Below are positions 61,824 through 64,000 of a stretch of 64,000 nt of DNA, piece by piece. The stretch's first letter is position 1. Every line of letters begins with the position of its first letter. The notes under the pieces are model-generated. The model searched no databases, was not told where the DNA came from, and worked only from the letters and a program-made list of their open reading frames with translations. Source of the stretch: Dehalococcoidia bacterium (GTDB taxonomy: Bacteria; Chloroflexota; Dehalococcoidia; Lucifugimonadales; UBA1127); NCBI GenBank assembly GCA_965261405.1, contig CBDHDD010000002.1, positions 499,395 through 563,394 of the forward strand, written 5' to 3'. A program made the position numbers and the translations under genes.

Positions 61824-63047
61824 CTACACCAGCGTCAGCATTCGGTCCAGCGCGACCTTGGCGTAGTGCGCTGTCTCCTCGTCGACGGTCACCCGGTTCG
61901 GGACGCGGCCAGCCAGCAGCTCGTCCGTTACCCACAGCAGGTACGCCGGGTGGATGCGGTACATCGTCGAGCACGGGCAGACAACAGGGTCGAGGCAGAA
62001 GACCGTCTTGTCCGGGTTCTCGTGGGCCAGCCGGCTGACGAGGTTGATCTCCGTCCCGACGGCCCAGACGCTTCCGGGCGCGCCCTCGCTGATGCACCTG
62101 ACGATCAGCTCCGTCGAGCCAACGTAGTCGGCCATCTGCACTGTCTCCATCGGGCACTCCGGATGGACCAGAATGTTGACGTCAGGGAAGGCCGCTCGCG
62201 CCTTGTCCACCTGCGTTGGCGTGAAGCGCGTGTGCACCGAACAGTGGCCCTTCCACAGCACCATCTTGCTCTGCTCCAGCGCATCCGCAGTGTGCCCGCC
62301 CAGCGGACGGAACGGGTTCCAGACCAGCATCTCATCCAGCGGGATCCCCAGCTTCAGGCCCGTGTTGCGGCCCAGGTGCTGGTCCGGCAGGAAGAGCACC
62401 CGCTTGCCTTGCTGGAACGCCCACTCCACCACCTTGGCGGCGTTTGAGGACGTGCACACAGCGCCGTTGTTCCGCCCGACGAGCGCCTTGATCTCCGCCG
62501 TGGAGTTCATGTAGGTCACGGGGATAATCGAACCCTCGCCCAACGTCTCCATGAGGTCGTCCCAGCAGTCCTCGACGTCCCCCGTGGGCGCCATGTCCGC
62601 CATCGAGCATCCCGCGTTGATGTTGGGCAACACGACGCTCTGGTGCTTGCCGCCCAGGACCGCGGCTGTCTCCGCCATGAAGTGTACGCCGCAGAAGATG
62701 ATGAACTGCGATTCCTGCCGCTCCGCCGCGTACTGCGATAATTTGAGGGAGTCGCCGCGGAAGTCCGCGAAGAAGATGATGTCCTCACGCTGATAGTGGT
62801 GGCCTAGGATGACGGTGCTACTGCCGAGCGCGGCCCGGTTCGATTGGATGCGCTCCGTCAGCTCTGCCGGCGTGAGGTTGACGTATTCGTCCGGCAGCCG
62901 CTGCCACCGGACTCCGGCGTTCAGCTCCTCTGCCAGCGGCTTCGTTTCGAGGGGCTCAACCTGGCAGAAAGCGGACTGCTCCAGCTCCGTCAGGGGTACG
63001 CGTGGGTTTCGAAGTCTACTGTCCGCCACCGGCAATTCAAGGGCCAT
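61824..63047 (-). CDS. nadA: Quinolinate synthase
   Basis: Starts at 'MALELPV'. 'ILGHHYQ', 'FCGVHFMAETA', 'AGCSMAD', 'HPECP', 'CPCSTMYR'. Confidence 0.9.
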   Translation of the reverse strand: MALELPVADSRLRNPRVPLTELEQSAFCQVEPLETKPLAEELNAGVRWQRLPDEYVNLTPAELTERIQSNRAALGSSTVILGHHYQREDIIFFADFRGDSLKLSQYAAERQESQFIIFCGVHFMAETAAVLGGKHQSVVLPNINAGCSMADMAPTGDVEDCWDDLMETLGEGSIIPVTYMNSTAEIKALVGRNNGAVCTSSNAAKVVEWAFQQGKRVLFLPDQHLGRNTGLKLGIPLDEMLVWNPFRPLGGHTADALEQSKMVLWKGHCSVHTRFTPTQVDKARAAFPDVNILVHPECPMETVQMADYVGSTELIVRCISEGAPGSVWAVGTEINLVSRLAHENPDKTVFCLDPVVCPCSTMYRIHPAYLLWVTDELLAGRVPNRVTVDEETAHYAKVALDRMLTLV

Positions 63048-63060
63048 GAGATTCCTCCCC

Positions 63061-64000
63061 CTACACCGCTTCCTGCACGCCTTGCAGCGACCACGGTGAC
63101 GTCTTGGTGATGTGGACGCGGACAATCTTCCCATGGAAGTCCCCTGCGTCCTCAAAGAACACCAGCTTGTCTGTGCGCGTCCGGCCACGCCACTTGCCCT
63201 TGTCCCGCCCCTCAACCAGCACCTCGACTGTCACGTCGAGAAGCCGCGAGTTGATCTCCGTCGCCACCCGCTCCTGCAGCGCTTCCACGGCCTTGAGGCG
63301 GCGGCGCTTCTCCTCCTGCGGCACGTCGTCCGTCAGCGTGCGGTGGGCGATGGTGCCCTCACGCGTCGAGTATTGCGCCACGTGCACCTTGTCGAAGCGC
63401 ACCTGCTCCAGCAGCCGGTAACTCGCATCGAACCCCTCATCCGTCTCCCCGCAGAAGCCGACGATGAGGTCCGTGCTCAGCGCGACGCCGGGGATGGTCG
63501 AACGGATGCGGTCGATGGTGGAGAGGTACTCCTCCGTCGAGTACGTGCGCCGCATGGACGACAGCACTTCGTCGTCACCTGCCTGCACGGGAAGGTTGAT
63601 GTGCTCGCAGACCTTGGGCAGGTCCGCCACCGCCCGGATGATGCGGTCGCTCATGTACATGGGGTGCGATGTCAGGAAGCGGATGCGCTCCAGCCCGGGC
63701 ACCTCTTGCAGCCCATACAGCAAGTCCGCCAGGTCGTCGTCCCCAGGCAGGTCGTGTCCGTAGGCGTCGACGGTCTGTCCCAGCAGCGTGACCTCGCGAA
63801 CGCCCCGTGCCGCCAGCAACTCTGCCTCGCGCACCACTTCGGGCAGCGGACGGCTCACCTGCCGGCCCCGGCGGTAGGGGATGATGCAGAAACTGCAGAA
63901 GAGGTCGCAGCCCTGGATGATGGGGATAAAGCTCGTGACGTCTGCGTGAACGTCCGTAAGAGGGCCAATACAGCCCTCGTAGTCGACGCCGAGCCGATCA
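63061..64000 (-). CDS. miaB: tRNA methylthiotransferase MiaB (3' part; the gene continues past the window end)
   Basis: The frame is open to base 64000 and includes radical-SAM '[13 protein letters not shown]'. The C-terminus is a TRAM domain: 'VEVLVEG...[11 protein letters not shown]...IVRVHITK'. Confidence 0.8.
   Translation of the reverse strand, partial: DRLGVDYEGCIGPLTDVHADVTSFIPIIQGCDLFCSFCIIPYRRGRQVSRPLPEVVREAELLAARGVREVTLLGQTVDAYGHDLPGDDDLADLLYGLQEVPGLERIRFLTSHPMYMSDRIIRAVADLPKVCEHINLPVQAGDDEVLSSMRRTYSTEEYLSTIDRIRSTIPGVALSTDLIVGFCGETDEGFDASYRLLEQVRFDKVHVAQYSTREGTIAHRTLTDDVPQEEKRRRLKAVEALQERVATEINSRLLDVTVEVLVEGRDKGKWRGRTRTDKLVFFEDAGDFHGKIVRVHITKTSPWSLQGVQEAV

Overview
This is a high-GC bacterial chromosomal window with two parts. 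Bases 1 to about 40,060 are the right-hand 40 kb or more of a mosaic genomic island. Its right edge is a large serine recombinase (38486-40084) that abuts the 3' remnant of an interrupted comM/yifB gene (40063-40560). No 5' half of comM is in the window, so the left island end lies outside it.

Island cargo, left to right:
- an SF1 helicase fragment, a frameshifted nucleotidyltransferase and a secreted HNH/Excalibur nuclease;
- an AT-richer module holding a Dpd-type 7-deazaguanine DNA modification/restriction system. It comprises a yhhQ transporter, a dpdA-like transglycosylase with an extra N-terminal domain that is translationally coupled to a UvrD-like helicase and a Cas4/AddB-type Fe-S nuclease, queC, and a nine-gene minus-strand operon matching dpdE (split in two)-F-G-H-I-J-K plus a large D-like protein. 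No dpdB or dpdC is recognisable. IS debris sits at both ends of the operon;
- an ASCH gene;
- a decaying queC'-queD-queE operon (queD has two in-frame TAA codons; queC' is truncated and frameshifted) next to a PIN/RHH toxin-antitoxin pair;
- a prokaryotic viperin (pVip) co-oriented with an 854-aa protein that has a possible HTH segment and many TPR repeats;
- about 2 kb of structured non-coding DNA with long palindromes, a tRNA-like remnant, and a promoter-leader-terminator unit in front of the recombinase.

Bases 40.5-64 kb are core genome:
- cyclophilin lipoprotein, MBL hydrolases, aldo/keto reductase, EVE-domain protein;
- dcd(-HTH)-ribD-ribE-ribBA-ribH;
- LigB-type dioxygenase and a MacAB-like ABC efflux system;
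- a DsbA/FrnE-like gene with an in-frame TGA exactly at the first Cys of its CxxC motif (selenocysteine candidate);
- FmdB zinc ribbon, dtd, nadC/nadB/nadA with a low-GC single-HKD nuclease islet among them, a VOC protein, and miaB (partial).

A GC-rich hairpin repeat family recurs in the intergenic regions. All calls rest on motif recognition by eye. No database search was run.
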